From Vibrio alginolyticus NBRC 15630 = ATCC 17749 (GTDB lineage Bacteria > Pseudomonadota > Gammaproteobacteria > Enterobacterales > Vibrionaceae), in the NCBI RefSeq assembly GCF_000354175.2, contig NC_022349.1, forward strand, positions 2,130,001 to 2,162,000: a DNA stretch of 32,000 bases, written 5' to 3'. Below the pieces are notes generated by a model. It worked only from the letters and a program-made list of their open reading frames with translations, made no database searches and was not told where the DNA came from. The position numbers were made by a program, and so were the translations under genes. The stretch's first letter is position 1. Each line of letters opens with the position of its first letter. Positions 16,468 to 25,316 of the stretch are shown piece by piece.

Positions 16468-17811
16468 TTAGTTGCTTGCTTGGGCAGGCATGTCGTCAGC
16501 GTGCATTTTCACGTACTGAGCAAGACCTGCTTTTTTGCTGTAGAACATCAAGATAACTAGAGACACGATGAAGGTTGCTGTTAGCGTACCGCCCTCTGCA
16601 CCTGCTAGTGCGATGAAGCAGAACAGACAAGCCACACCAGAGAACAGCATTACGAAGCCGTTGCGTGTTGTCATACCTTCGAAGCGAATCAAGTTAATGC
16701 TTGAGTAGAAGTAAGGCAGCATTGTTAGTAGAACTGCGTCAGTCGTTAGCTGGTTGAACAGGTCTGATGCGTGTGCTGTTTTAGAGCTGAAGAACATCAG
16801 TACAACCATCAGTGCAGTCATCTTGATTGACGCAAGGATTAGACCTTTCTTAGGCACACCGTTTTTGTCAGTTTCGCCGTAGATTTTAGGGAAGTTGCCA
16901 TCGCTTGCTGCACGTTTACCAGCCTCGCCCACCAGCATCATCCAAGAACCTAGCGAAGTGAAACATGCTAGTGCTGTGAATGCTGATACGAATGGTGCAG
17001 TCCAGCTACCGAATAGCTCAGTGGTTGCCAATGCAAATGGCGCACCTGATGCCGCAACTTCTGACGCTGGGAACATGCCGCTGATCATTTGAGTTGATAG
17101 GATGTAAATCACACCTGCGATACCAGTACCTAACATAGTTGCTAGTGGTACAGTACGTTTAGGGTTTTCTACCATACCCGTCGATACCGCTGCTGATTCC
17201 ACACCTACGAATGACCATAGACAGATAAGAACCGCTGTTACTACCGCGTGGCTGTCAGTGCCTGCTGATACGTTCCAGTTTTGGCTGTAAAGCGCAGTAT
17301 CGAAGTGCGTCCAACCAAATGCAGCTGTACCAACAACTGGGATAAGGATAAGAACTAAACCAAGCGTACATAGACGGCTTACCCAGCTACCACCAAGTAG
17401 GTTGACGAAAGTGAAGATCCATACCGATGCAATCGTCGCAATACCTGCTGGAATTGGGTTATTAAGCACAGGGAAGAATACTGAAAGGTAAGAAACACCT
17501 GTAATGGCAATAGCCAGGTTACCAATCCAGTTCGCGTGGTAATAAAGAACGCCCGTTTGGAAACCAAATACCGGAGACACTTCGCCAGCATAAGCGATAG
17601 GACCACCTTCTTGTGGGTTTTTGGTTGCCAGACGAGCGTAAACGAACGCCAGACTCAGTGCACCGACCAAACAGATCAGCCAACTGAAGATTGAAACAGA
17701 GCCTACAGAGGCAAGACTAGAAGGTAATAGTGCAATACCACTACCCATCATGTTACCGGCTACGACACCCGTACAGGCAATAAGGCCGATTTTTTTCGCA
17801 TTCGATGACAT
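16468..17811 (-). CDS. cadB: Lysine/cadaverine antiporter (APC family)
   Basis: 447 aa. Collinear with E. coli CadB (MSS.KKIGL.ACTGVVAGNMMGSGIALLP...). GGAG lies 6 nt upstream of the ATG. Confidence 0.96.
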   Translation of the reverse strand: MSSNAKKIGLIACTGVVAGNMMGSGIALLPSSLASVGSVSIFSWLICLVGALSLAFVYARLATKNPQEGGPIAYAGEVSPVFGFQTGVLYYHANWIGNLAIAITGVSYLSVFFPVLNNPIPAGIATIASVWIFTFVNLLGGSWVSRLCTLGLVLILIPVVGTAAFGWTHFDTALYSQNWNVSAGTDSHAVVTAVLICLWSFVGVESAAVSTGMVENPKRTVPLATMLGTGIAGVIYILSTQMISGMFPASEVAASGAPFALATTELFGSWTAPFVSAFTALACFTSLGSWMMLVGEAGKRAASDGNFPKIYGETDKNGVPKKGLILASIKMTALMVVLMFFSSKTAHASDLFNQLTTDAVLLTMLPYFYSSINLIRFEGMTTRNGFVMLFSGVACLFCFIALAGAEGGTLTATFIVSLVILMFYSKKAGLAQYVKMHADDMPAQASN

Positions 17812-18284
17812 AACATCTCCAAATCTATTCTACTCGAGTCAACATGACTCAAACTGAATGGTTATTAGCGAGATGCTATGAGGAGGAACCTTCTCGACCT
17901 CGCTAAATTTCGAAGTGAAGACTACGCCCAAAAATCGGGAAAAAAATAAACTTGGTGTTATCAATAAAATGATTAGTTCATCAACATCAAGTTGAGATAA
18001 ACATGATAAACACAAAAACATAAAACTATATTATTCATATAGTTACAAGAAAAACATCAAACCTTCTACCGATAGATAAACTCTCATCAACTCGTTGGTC
18101 ATCGCGATAAAAGTTATCAACCTCTATCAACTTCCCCATCCCGAAGGGTTAATTCCCTGAAGTGTTGATTCCATAAATCTCTCCCTGATCGCGCTTCTTG
18201 ACCCAAGTCAATATTCATCTCGCATGCAAGAAGGCACCAAAATCATTCTCGCCACATAACTCATCCAGACACTTCATACAATCA

Positions 18285-18344
18285 ATAGAGATAGAGATAG
18301 AGATAGAGATAGAGATAGAGATAGAGATAGAGATAGAGATAGAG
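18285..18344. repeat. Hexanucleotide microsatellite (ATAGAG)x10
   Basis: Ten perfect tandem ATAGAG units, counted directly. It lies between the cadC terminator and the cadBA control region. Confidence 0.98.
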
Positions 18345-18443
18345 AAGCAAAGCGGGTATGTATTCCCGTTGCAAGCTTGCGTTGTTAGCTCCTTCGTAAG
18401 TCATTGCCCCACCGCCTCACCCTTTTCACTTTTCGACAGCGAC

Positions 18444-18472
18444 AAAAAAGCCCCTCACCGAAATGAGGGGCT
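18444..18472 (-). terminator. Rho-independent terminator of cadC
   Basis: Minus strand reads AGCCCCTCA-tttcgg-TGAGGGGCT followed by TTTTTTG. It starts about 30 nt after the cadC stop. Confidence 0.85.
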
Positions 18473-18502
18473 AGCATTAGACTGACGTTGAGTCCGAGAG
18501 AA

Positions 18503-20065
18503 TTAAAGCATTCGAACGACAGAAGGGTGAACGGCGCGATACATGGCGTAATCAATCGCCTTCATGTTACTTGGGAAGACCAAGTTTTCGCACAGCAGGT
18601 ACGTCTCAACCGACGTATCAATATAGAAAGCTTCACTGTAAGACTCACTGGCTAAATCCAGATCACCATCCAATTCGGCGTGCTTACCGCGAATCACATA
18701 GGAAAGCACTGAATCACGTAACCTCAATGCCTGTCCGAGATGCCGCTTGGCTAACGCCATGTCACCAATGATGGTTTCGTGCAGTGCTAAAGCTTCATAA
18801 ATTCGCGGTTGAATTGGCCCCACCATCATTTTCACATTAGTCTCTAGTGCTTCACTGAGCTGCTGCATTCGCCCTTTCTTCAACTCCTGTGAGAAATCAA
18901 GTGCCTTTTGTACATGGTAAGCAATCAACAACTCAGCTTGAACGTAAGCATTATCCGGCTCGATTTCTAAAATGTTTTCCATCAAGTCGATACCTTGGCG
19001 GAATTGTTTAGTATCAGAGACATTAAGGTAATGGTTAGCCTGAACAAACAACTCCAACGCGTCGGGATTCATTGGCATTCCCGCCACCAGCATCGTAGAT
19101 TTCAATTTGGCATCCGACACTTTCAGCACTTGCATCAAATCCAACGACGCTTGTTGAAGCACTGGCTTTAAATGACTACTGGTTAACGCGTATTGACGAC
19201 TAAACAACACTTTCTCAGATGAGTTATTGCGATATTCCACCTCTAAAAAGCTGCCACCGTCATTCTCACGAACTCTCACCACAACCGATTTACCAGGCAC
19301 AATGCCAGAAGTAAACGACGCCTTCTTTAGCATGACTCGGTAATCACTGACTTGAGCAATGTCGGACATCAACTTTTGGGCGAATCCGTCTGCCAAATCG
19401 TAGCTTAATCCTTCACTCGTAAAATTATCTTGAAACTTGAACTCAATCAGATGGGTATCGATGGCTTGGGTAATACGCACTTCCGATTGCTTGTAGGTAA
19501 ACACGCCCATCACTACGACCAACATACTGATCCAGATGAAGTTCATAATTCCCAATCGCCAAGGACTGATTTTGTTTTTGCTCTGAGGGGCTTTTTTCTC
19601 TTTTGACATCTCGCAGACCGCGCGAGTTAGAGGACCGGCAGGAAAGGTAACGGCTGGTGCTATAGGTAGACAATCCTCTTCCGATTCTTCAACCGAAGGT
19701 GGGATCTCTTCATTTTGCCGACTTGTGACAAACTCTTCATGCGTCATAGCAACCACGTTAGCTACCAGCTTATAGCCACGCTTGGGCACCGTGATAACGT
19801 AGTTGGTATTTTCCTCTCGACCGTCACGTAGTAGCTTACGCAACTCAAAGATGGATTGAGTCACCACTTGATCGGTCACAATCGCTCCAGCCCAAACGTA
19901 CTGAATCAATTCCTCGCGGTTGAACACCTCATTCGCATGCTCCGCTAAGAAGTGCAAAAGATTAATTAAGCGTGGCTCAACAGTAACTTCCCTATCTTGT
20001 CGATACAGCTTATTTTCATCAACGCTCAAAACCCAGTCATTGATTTGAAAATAGACTCCAACCAT
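18503..20065 (-). CDS. cadC: ToxR-like membrane-integrated transcriptional activator of cadBA
   Basis: 520 aa. The N-terminal OmpR/PhoB-type winged-helix domain matches E. coli CadC (EPRLI.LL.F...VVTQSI.ELRK.L...TVPKRGYKL). There is one TM segment (WRLGIMNFIWISMLVVVMGVFTY) and a large periplasmic domain. The gene sits immediately upstream of cadBA on the same strand. Confidence 0.92.
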   Translation of the reverse strand: MVGVYFQINDWVLSVDENKLYRQDREVTVEPRLINLLHFLAEHANEVFNREELIQYVWAGAIVTDQVVTQSIFELRKLLRDGREENTNYVITVPKRGYKLVANVVAMTHEEFVTSRQNEEIPPSVEESEEDCLPIAPAVTFPAGPLTRAVCEMSKEKKAPQSKNKISPWRLGIMNFIWISMLVVVMGVFTYKQSEVRITQAIDTHLIEFKFQDNFTSEGLSYDLADGFAQKLMSDIAQVSDYRVMLKKASFTSGIVPGKSVVVRVRENDGGSFLEVEYRNNSSEKVLFSRQYALTSSHLKPVLQQASLDLMQVLKVSDAKLKSTMLVAGMPMNPDALELFVQANHYLNVSDTKQFRQGIDLMENILEIEPDNAYVQAELLIAYHVQKALDFSQELKKGRMQQLSEALETNVKMMVGPIQPRIYEALALHETIIGDMALAKRHLGQALRLRDSVLSYVIRGKHAELDGDLDLASESYSEAFYIDTSVETYLLCENLVFPSNMKAIDYAMYRAVHPSVVRML

Positions 20066-20228
20066 GTATGAAAACTCTCGTATCTACAGACAGCGTTACG
20101 GTAGGAATCAGACCATGGTTGATTCCTACAAGTAACTAAAGGCAAGATTATAGGTGGGAAAGCAGCGTGTACCTAGAAAAGCAAGTCGCCAAAAATGCAA
20201 ACTTAAGTTAAGTGATTCAAGAATGAGA

Positions 20229-20627
20229 CTACTCAAGTGCTGCAAGGATAGAGCAATGTGTGGCGTCATCGTCTGTATGACCACAACAAGCATCATTAAT
20301 CTTCTTTAACGCTCGGCGAATTTTCGTCAGCTCGTTAATTTTTCCATCAATCAGCTCTAACTTAGCAGAAGTAATGGCTTTTACCTCTGCACAGCTGTGT
20401 TCTGTCGCTTCTAACTTAATTTCTAACAAGTCTTTAATTTCATCCAGACTCAAGCCAAGATCTTTACCTTTGAGGATAAAGTGCACCTGCTTTTGATTCT
20501 CTTCATCATACAAGCGGTAGCCTGACTCACTTCGCCCTGCGGGTTTTATTAGCGCGTTTTTCTCGTAGAAACGCAATGTATCGGCAGTCACACCACAACG
20601 TTTTGCCAGTTCACCTATCTGAAACAT
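20229..20627 (-). CDS. zntR: MerR-family Zn(II)-responsive regulator
   Basis: 132 aa. It has the MerR helix-turn-helix (IGELAKRCGVTADTLRFYEK) and the ZntR-type metal site C-terminus NDACCG...HCSILAALE (E. coli ZntR has NDACCG...YCSILEALE). Confidence 0.85.
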   Translation of the reverse strand: MFQIGELAKRCGVTADTLRFYEKNALIKPAGRSESGYRLYDEENQKQVHFILKGKDLGLSLDEIKDLLEIKLEATEHSCAEVKAITSAKLELIDGKINELTKIRRALKKINDACCGHTDDDATHCSILAALE

Positions 20628-20696
20628 AACTTTCCCTATTAACTATCTCGTTACTTTTAAAGCTAAAGAACGACTTTTTTGCAATTATTTTTGAGA

Positions 20697-20712
20697 TGCC
20701 AAACGATTGCGC
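20697..20712. promoter_or_regulatory. Candidate PurR operator (PUR box) upstream of purH
   Basis: TGCCAAACGATTGCGC matches the palindromic PUR box consensus ACGCAAACGTTTGCGT at 11 of 16 positions, including the central CAAACG/TTGCG core. It lies about 180 bp upstream of the purH ATG. No score was computed. Confidence 0.4.
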
Positions 20713-20892
20713 GAGCTTTTTTGTAATAAATTGGTTAGAATACGCGCCATCAAATGTGGAGACTGTTTTCTAACCAGAAAACACCCTGCAAAGGTCTTTA
20801 CCAAAACTGGCCAATATTTTACCCCAAGAGGTAAAAACAAGTTCATTTTTGGCAAACATCTTTAACTCCGTGAATTTGAGGAAAATGGAAGC

Positions 20893-22485
20893 ATGAATAA
20901 CGCTCGTCCTATTCGCCGTGCGCTTATCAGCGTATCAGACAAAACAGGTATTGTTGAGTTTGCGCAAGCTCTTGCTGAGCGCGGTGTCGATATCCTATCT
21001 ACTGGTGGTACAGCTCGCCTACTTGCCGAACAAGGCATCGCCGTAACCGAAGTCTCTGACTACACTGGTTTCCCAGAAATGATGGACGGCCGCGTTAAAA
21101 CGCTTCACCCAAAAGTTCACGGTGGTGTGCTTGGTCGTCGTGGCCAAGATGATGTCGTGATGGAAAAGCACGGCATCAACCCTATCGATATGGTTGTCGT
21201 AAACCTATACCCATTCGCAGAAACCGTTGCCAAAGAAGGCTGTACACTAGCCGACGCGGTTGAAAACATCGATATCGGCGGCCCAACAATGGTTCGTTCT
21301 GCAGCGAAAAACCACAAAGACGTGACTATCGTTGTTAACGCAGGTGATTACGGCCGCGTAATTGCAGAGATGGACGAAAACGACAAATCTCTCACTCTCG
21401 AAACTCGCTTCGACCTTGCCATCGCTGCTTTTGAACACACTGCCGCTTACGATGGCATGATCGCAAACTACTTCGGCACTATGGTTCCATCTTACGGTGA
21501 GAACAAAGAAGGTGATGAAGAGAGCAAATTCCCTCGTACGTTCAACCAACAGTTCGAGAAGAAGCAAGACATGCGCTACGGTGAGAACAGCCACCAAGCA
21601 GCCGCATTCTACGTTGAAGCAAACCCACAAGAAGCATCCGTTTCTACTGCTCGCCAAATCCAAGGTAAAGCCCTTTCTTACAACAACATCGCAGACACGG
21701 ACGCCGCACTTGAGTGTGTGAAAGAGTTCAACGAGCCAGCATGTGTAATCGTAAAACACGCAAACCCATGCGGTGTTGCTCTAGGTAAAGACATCCTAGA
21801 AGCGTACAACCGTGCTTACCAAACTGACCCAACATCTGCATTCGGCGGCATCATTGCATTCAACCAAGAACTGGATGCTGAAACAGCAACCGCTATTGTT
21901 GAGCGTCAATTCGTTGAAGTGATCATCGCACCTTCTGTTTCTGCTGAAGCGATTGAAGTGGTTGCCGCGAAGAAGAACGTACGTCTACTTGAGTGTGGCG
22001 AATGGACAACGAAGACAACTGGCTTTGACGTGAAACGCGTGAATGGCGGTCTACTGGTTCAAGACCGCGACCAAGGCATGGTAAGCCTAGACGACCTAAA
22101 AGTGGTTTCTAAGCGCCAGCCAACAGAAGAAGAGCTAAAAGATGCACTGTTCTGCTGGAAAGTAGCGAAATACGTGAAATCTAACGCGATCGTTTACTCG
22201 AAAAGCGACATGACTATCGGTGTAGGTGCTGGCCAAATGAGCCGCGTTTACTCTGCGAAAATCGCAGGCATCAAAGCTGCAGACGAAGGTCTACAGGTTG
22301 AAGGTTGTGTAATGGCATCAGATGCATTCTTCCCATTCCGTGACGGCATCGACGCGGCTGCAGAAGCGGGCATCAAGTGTGTTATCCAACCAGGTGGTTC
22401 TATGCGTGATGACGAAGTTATTGCAGCAGCAGACGAACACGGCATGGCGATGATCTTTACCGGTATGCGTCACTTCCGCCACTAA
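20893..22485 (+). CDS. purH: Bifunctional AICAR transformylase / IMP cyclohydrolase
   Basis: 530 aa. Collinear with E. coli PurH over its full length ([18 protein letters not shown]...MRHFRH). Confidence 0.97.
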   Translation: MNNARPIRRALISVSDKTGIVEFAQALAERGVDILSTGGTARLLAEQGIAVTEVSDYTGFPEMMDGRVKTLHPKVHGGVLGRRGQDDVVMEKHGINPIDMVVVNLYPFAETVAKEGCTLADAVENIDIGGPTMVRSAAKNHKDVTIVVNAGDYGRVIAEMDENDKSLTLETRFDLAIAAFEHTAAYDGMIANYFGTMVPSYGENKEGDEESKFPRTFNQQFEKKQDMRYGENSHQAAAFYVEANPQEASVSTARQIQGKALSYNNIADTDAALECVKEFNEPACVIVKHANPCGVALGKDILEAYNRAYQTDPTSAFGGIIAFNQELDAETATAIVERQFVEVIIAPSVSAEAIEVVAAKKNVRLLECGEWTTKTTGFDVKRVNGGLLVQDRDQGMVSLDDLKVVSKRQPTEEELKDALFCWKVAKYVKSNAIVYSKSDMTIGVGAGQMSRVYSAKIAGIKAADEGLQVEGCVMASDAFFPFRDGIDAAAEAGIKCVIQPGGSMRDDEVIAAADEHGMAMIFTGMRHFRH

Positions 22486-22486
22486 T

Positions 22487-22611
22487 CCTCTCGTCTTCAC
22501 TGGGACGATAACTGCGTTGACGGTGTTCACTTATCCTAATCACATAGCATACTATGCTCATAGGAATAAGTTCACTTGTCGCCTTGTCCTCGTCCCACTG
22601 AATTAGAGAGG
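22487..22611. repeat. ~125-bp imperfect palindromic intergenic element between purH and purD
   Basis: The left arm CCTCTCGTCTTCACTGGGACGA... pairs with the right arm ...TCGTCCCACTGAATTAGAGAGG. The centre is AGCATA-c-TATGCT near 22552. The arms align with a few mismatches and indels. Confidence 0.8.
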
Positions 22612-22679
22612 CCATACTCAGGTCTTTGCGAAATATCTGAGTTTGAGCAAACGGTATTTATAAGATTAAGGATTTTCAT

Positions 22680-23969
22680 ATGCGAGTTTTAATCATTGGT
22701 TCAGGCGGTCGTGAACATGCGCTAGGCTGGAAAGCAGCGCAAAACCCAAATGTTGAGACTATTTTCATTGCTCCAGGCAACGCAGGTACAGCACTAGAGC
22801 CAAAACTAGAGAACGTAAACATCGATGTAGAAGACATCACTGGCCTTGTTGCTTTCGCCAAAGAGAAGGCGATTGAACTGACTATCGTTGGCCCAGAAGC
22901 ACCATTGGTTATTGGTGTGGTTGATGCGTTCCGCGAAGCGGGCTTACCAATCTTTGGTCCTACCCAAGCCGCAGCGCAACTTGAAGGCTCTAAAGCGTTT
23001 ACCAAAGACTTCCTTGCTCGTCACCAAATTCCAACGGGTGCCTACGCGAATTTCACTGAAATCGAGCCTGCACTGGCTTACGTGCGTGAGCAAGGTGCAC
23101 CGATCGTGGTGAAAGCCGACGGCCTTGCAGCTGGTAAAGGCGTGATTGTGGCAATGACGCTAGAAGAAGCTGAGGACGCAATCAAAGACATGCTAGCAGG
23201 CAACGCATTTGGTGATGCTGGTAGTCGTGTCGTTATCGAAGAGTTCCTAGATGGTGAAGAAGCAAGCTTCATCGTGATGGTGGATGGTGAGAACGTTCTG
23301 CCAATGGCCACCAGCCAAGACCACAAACGCGTAGGCGACAAAGATACTGGTCCTAACACCGGTGGCATGGGAGCATACTCTCCAGCTCCAGTGGTAACAC
23401 AGGAAATCCACAACCGCATCATGGAAGAAGTGATTTACCCAACAGTACGTGGCATGGCCTCTGAAGGTAACCCTTACACTGGTTTCCTATACGCGGGTCT
23501 GATGATCGACAAAGACGGCACTCCGAAAGTAATCGAGTACAACTGCCGCTTCGGTGATCCTGAGACACAACCTATCATGATGCGCATGGAATCGGATCTT
23601 GTTGATCTGTGCCTAGCGGCAATCGACGAGAAACTGGATCAAGCGGAATCGAAGTGGGATCCACGAGCATCGATTGGTATCGTGCTAGCAGCCGGTGGTT
23701 ATCCAGCAGCGTACAACAAAGGCGACGTTATTTCGGGTCTGCCACAAGTTGAAATTGAAGGCGAGAAAGTCTTCCATGCTGGTACAGATAACAAAGATGG
23801 CGACATCGTGACAAACGGTGGTCGTGTTCTTTGTGCAACCGCACTTGGCAACAGTGTATCAGAAGCGCAGCAGCGTGCTTACGAGCTTGCAAAACAGATC
23901 CGTTGGGATGGCATGTTCCATCGCAACGACATCGGCTACCGTGCAATTGCACGTGAGCAAGAAAAATAA
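22680..23969 (+). CDS. purD: Phosphoribosylamine-glycine ligase (GAR synthetase)
   Basis: 429 aa, with full-length PurD/ATP-grasp similarity (MRVLIIGSGGREHALGWK...). AAGGA lies 8 nt upstream of the ATG. Confidence 0.97.
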   Translation: MRVLIIGSGGREHALGWKAAQNPNVETIFIAPGNAGTALEPKLENVNIDVEDITGLVAFAKEKAIELTIVGPEAPLVIGVVDAFREAGLPIFGPTQAAAQLEGSKAFTKDFLARHQIPTGAYANFTEIEPALAYVREQGAPIVVKADGLAAGKGVIVAMTLEEAEDAIKDMLAGNAFGDAGSRVVIEEFLDGEEASFIVMVDGENVLPMATSQDHKRVGDKDTGPNTGGMGAYSPAPVVTQEIHNRIMEEVIYPTVRGMASEGNPYTGFLYAGLMIDKDGTPKVIEYNCRFGDPETQPIMMRMESDLVDLCLAAIDEKLDQAESKWDPRASIGIVLAAGGYPAAYNKGDVISGLPQVEIEGEKVFHAGTDNKDGDIVTNGGRVLCATALGNSVSEAQQRAYELAKQIRWDGMFHRNDIGYRAIAREQEK

Positions 23970-23994
23970 AAACAACATGAGTTGGCTAAAAAAC

Positions 23995-24019
23995 AAAAGG
24001 CGCACTCAGCGCCTTTTTT
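23995..24019. terminator. Bidirectional rho-independent terminator between the convergent purD and yjaH-like genes
   Basis: AAAAGGCGC-actca-GCGCCTTTTTT. The A-run on one side and T-run on the other allow function on both strands. Confidence 0.85.
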
Positions 24020-24052
24020 ATTGTTCTTGTTCGACAGAATTCGAAGCAATGT

Positions 24053-24751
24053 TTATTCAGAGATCAACGTTGGCCGAGAAACACAATCAAAGTCATCGTC
24101 ATTGAGCATCAACAGTTCATCGACCATTGCTTTGTTTCGTGACTGCTTGCCGACAAAAGCCACATAACTGTCTACCGATGAGAGACGCTCGATAATAAAT
24201 TTTGGCAACGTCTGATTAAACTCGAGCGTCGAGAACACCTTACCTTTGCAGGTTTCAAACGATTGACCATTCCAATAACCTTGAATAAGGCTCTGATTGT
24301 TACGAGACTGCGCCTTAACCGATGCCACTACGTCATTCGCTTCTGCTTTGTAGCGCTCTAATTGGTCATGCTGAAGTGGTAAGACTTTACGGTTAACACG
24401 ATATTTTTGGTAAACCGCTTCGCCATCTTTATTGAAACGGATGTGGATTTGAAAAGGCACCAACTCTTGTTTGGTATCAACTTGCTCGCCTTTTCGAATC
24501 AACTCTCGCAACTCACCTTCATCCCAGCGATAATCACTCTGGAACCAACCATTGTCCCCCATAGTCACATAATCAGCCGCCGTACTCACACGAGTGAGTT
24601 TCTCTGTCATCCAGTACAAGCTGCTAGCATCTCCCGCAACTTTACCACCAGAAAAATGCGTGAATTGTTCTAAATTAGGAGTTTCAACCGACGAACAGCC
24701 AAAAAGGGTAAGGCTAGATAGGAGAAGTGAAGTGAGTAGATGTTTTTTCAT
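24053..24751 (-). CDS. Lipoprotein, YjaH-like (DUF1481-type by position)
   Basis: I chose the start MKKHLLTSLLLSSLTLFGCSS, a signal peptide with a lipobox Cys, rather than the track start at 24784. It occupies the same position next to hupA as yjaH does in E. coli. Family assignment rests on synteny and memory, not on a search. Confidence 0.75.
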   Translation of the reverse strand: MKKHLLTSLLLSSLTLFGCSSVETPNLEQFTHFSGGKVAGDASSLYWMTEKLTRVSTAADYVTMGDNGWFQSDYRWDEGELRELIRKGEQVDTKQELVPFQIHIRFNKDGEAVYQKYRVNRKVLPLQHDQLERYKAEANDVVASVKAQSRNNQSLIQGYWNGQSFETCKGKVFSTLEFNQTLPKFIIERLSSVDSYVAFVGKQSRNKAMVDELLMLNDDDFDCVSRPTLISE

Positions 24752-24756
24752 GAAAT

Positions 24757-24783
24757 TGCACCGAGGCAGGATACCTCGGTGCA
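24757..24783 (-). terminator. Stem-loop after hupA (terminator or attenuator)
   Basis: A perfect 10-bp stem TGCACCGAGG-7 nt-CCTCGGTGCA begins 7 nt after the hupA stop. Only a weak U-run (AAUUUC) follows before the next ATG. Confidence 0.5.
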
Positions 24784-24790
24784 TTCTAAC

Positions 24791-25063
24791 TTAGTTTACT
24801 GATTCTTTCAGCGCTTTACCTGCTACGAATGCTGGTACGTTAGCTGCTGCGATTTGAATCTCGTCACCAGTCTTAGGGTTACGACCAGTACGTGCAGCGC
24901 GGTGGTTTACTTTGAATGTACCAAAACCAATTAGTTGAACTTGGTCACCCTCTTTAAGTGCGCCAGTTACACCATCAAGAGTCGCTTCAAGAGCAGCTTT
25001 TGCTTGTGCTTTTGATAGGTCTGCTTTCTCTGCGATAAAGTCGATTAATTGGGTCTTGTTCAT
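24791..25063 (-). CDS. hupA: Nucleoid protein HU, alpha subunit
   Basis: 90 aa, near-identical in pattern to E. coli HupA ([23 protein letters not shown]...[36 protein letters not shown]). Confidence 0.96.
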   Translation of the reverse strand: MNKTQLIDFIAEKADLSKAQAKAALEATLDGVTGALKEGDQVQLIGFGTFKVNHRAARTGRNPKTGDEIQIAAANVPAFVAGKALKESVN

Positions 25064-25316
25064 TAGGTTTCCCTTCTCATAGGTTATCGAATTCGTCTCA
25101 CTCTAAAACATAAATGCCCCATCTGGCAAAGGTTTGTAAGCGATCTTTCGATTTTCTGACGTACTTTTAGCCATAATATGAGTAATAACTCACAATTTGT
25201 TACCACATACCCCCTGAAAACCCTTGCTTTCCAAGGTATTTGGACCAATTTATAAGTCACTTTTGCGGTTATAATAGCTGCAAATAACCACTATCAAACT
25301 ACATTCAAGGGCAACT

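Noticed and set aside
17839-18021. A 60-aa minus-strand ORF just upstream of cadB.
   Set aside because: It lies in the expected cadBA promoter and 5'-UTR region, has no SD, and contains A/T-rich repeat sequence. It is more likely regulatory DNA.
18198-18485. A 95-aa ORF containing (IE)x10.
   Set aside because: The IE run is simply the ATAGAG microsatellite translated. The ORF has no SD, starts at a non-ATG codon, lies antisense to the cad transcription direction and runs through the cadC terminator.
22487-22611. Calling the purH-purD palindrome an ERIC element by name.
   Set aside because: Its size and imperfect-palindrome architecture fit, and TTCACTGGGACG loosely resembles the ERIC core. 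I cannot align it convincingly to the consensus from memory, so only the generic description is reported.
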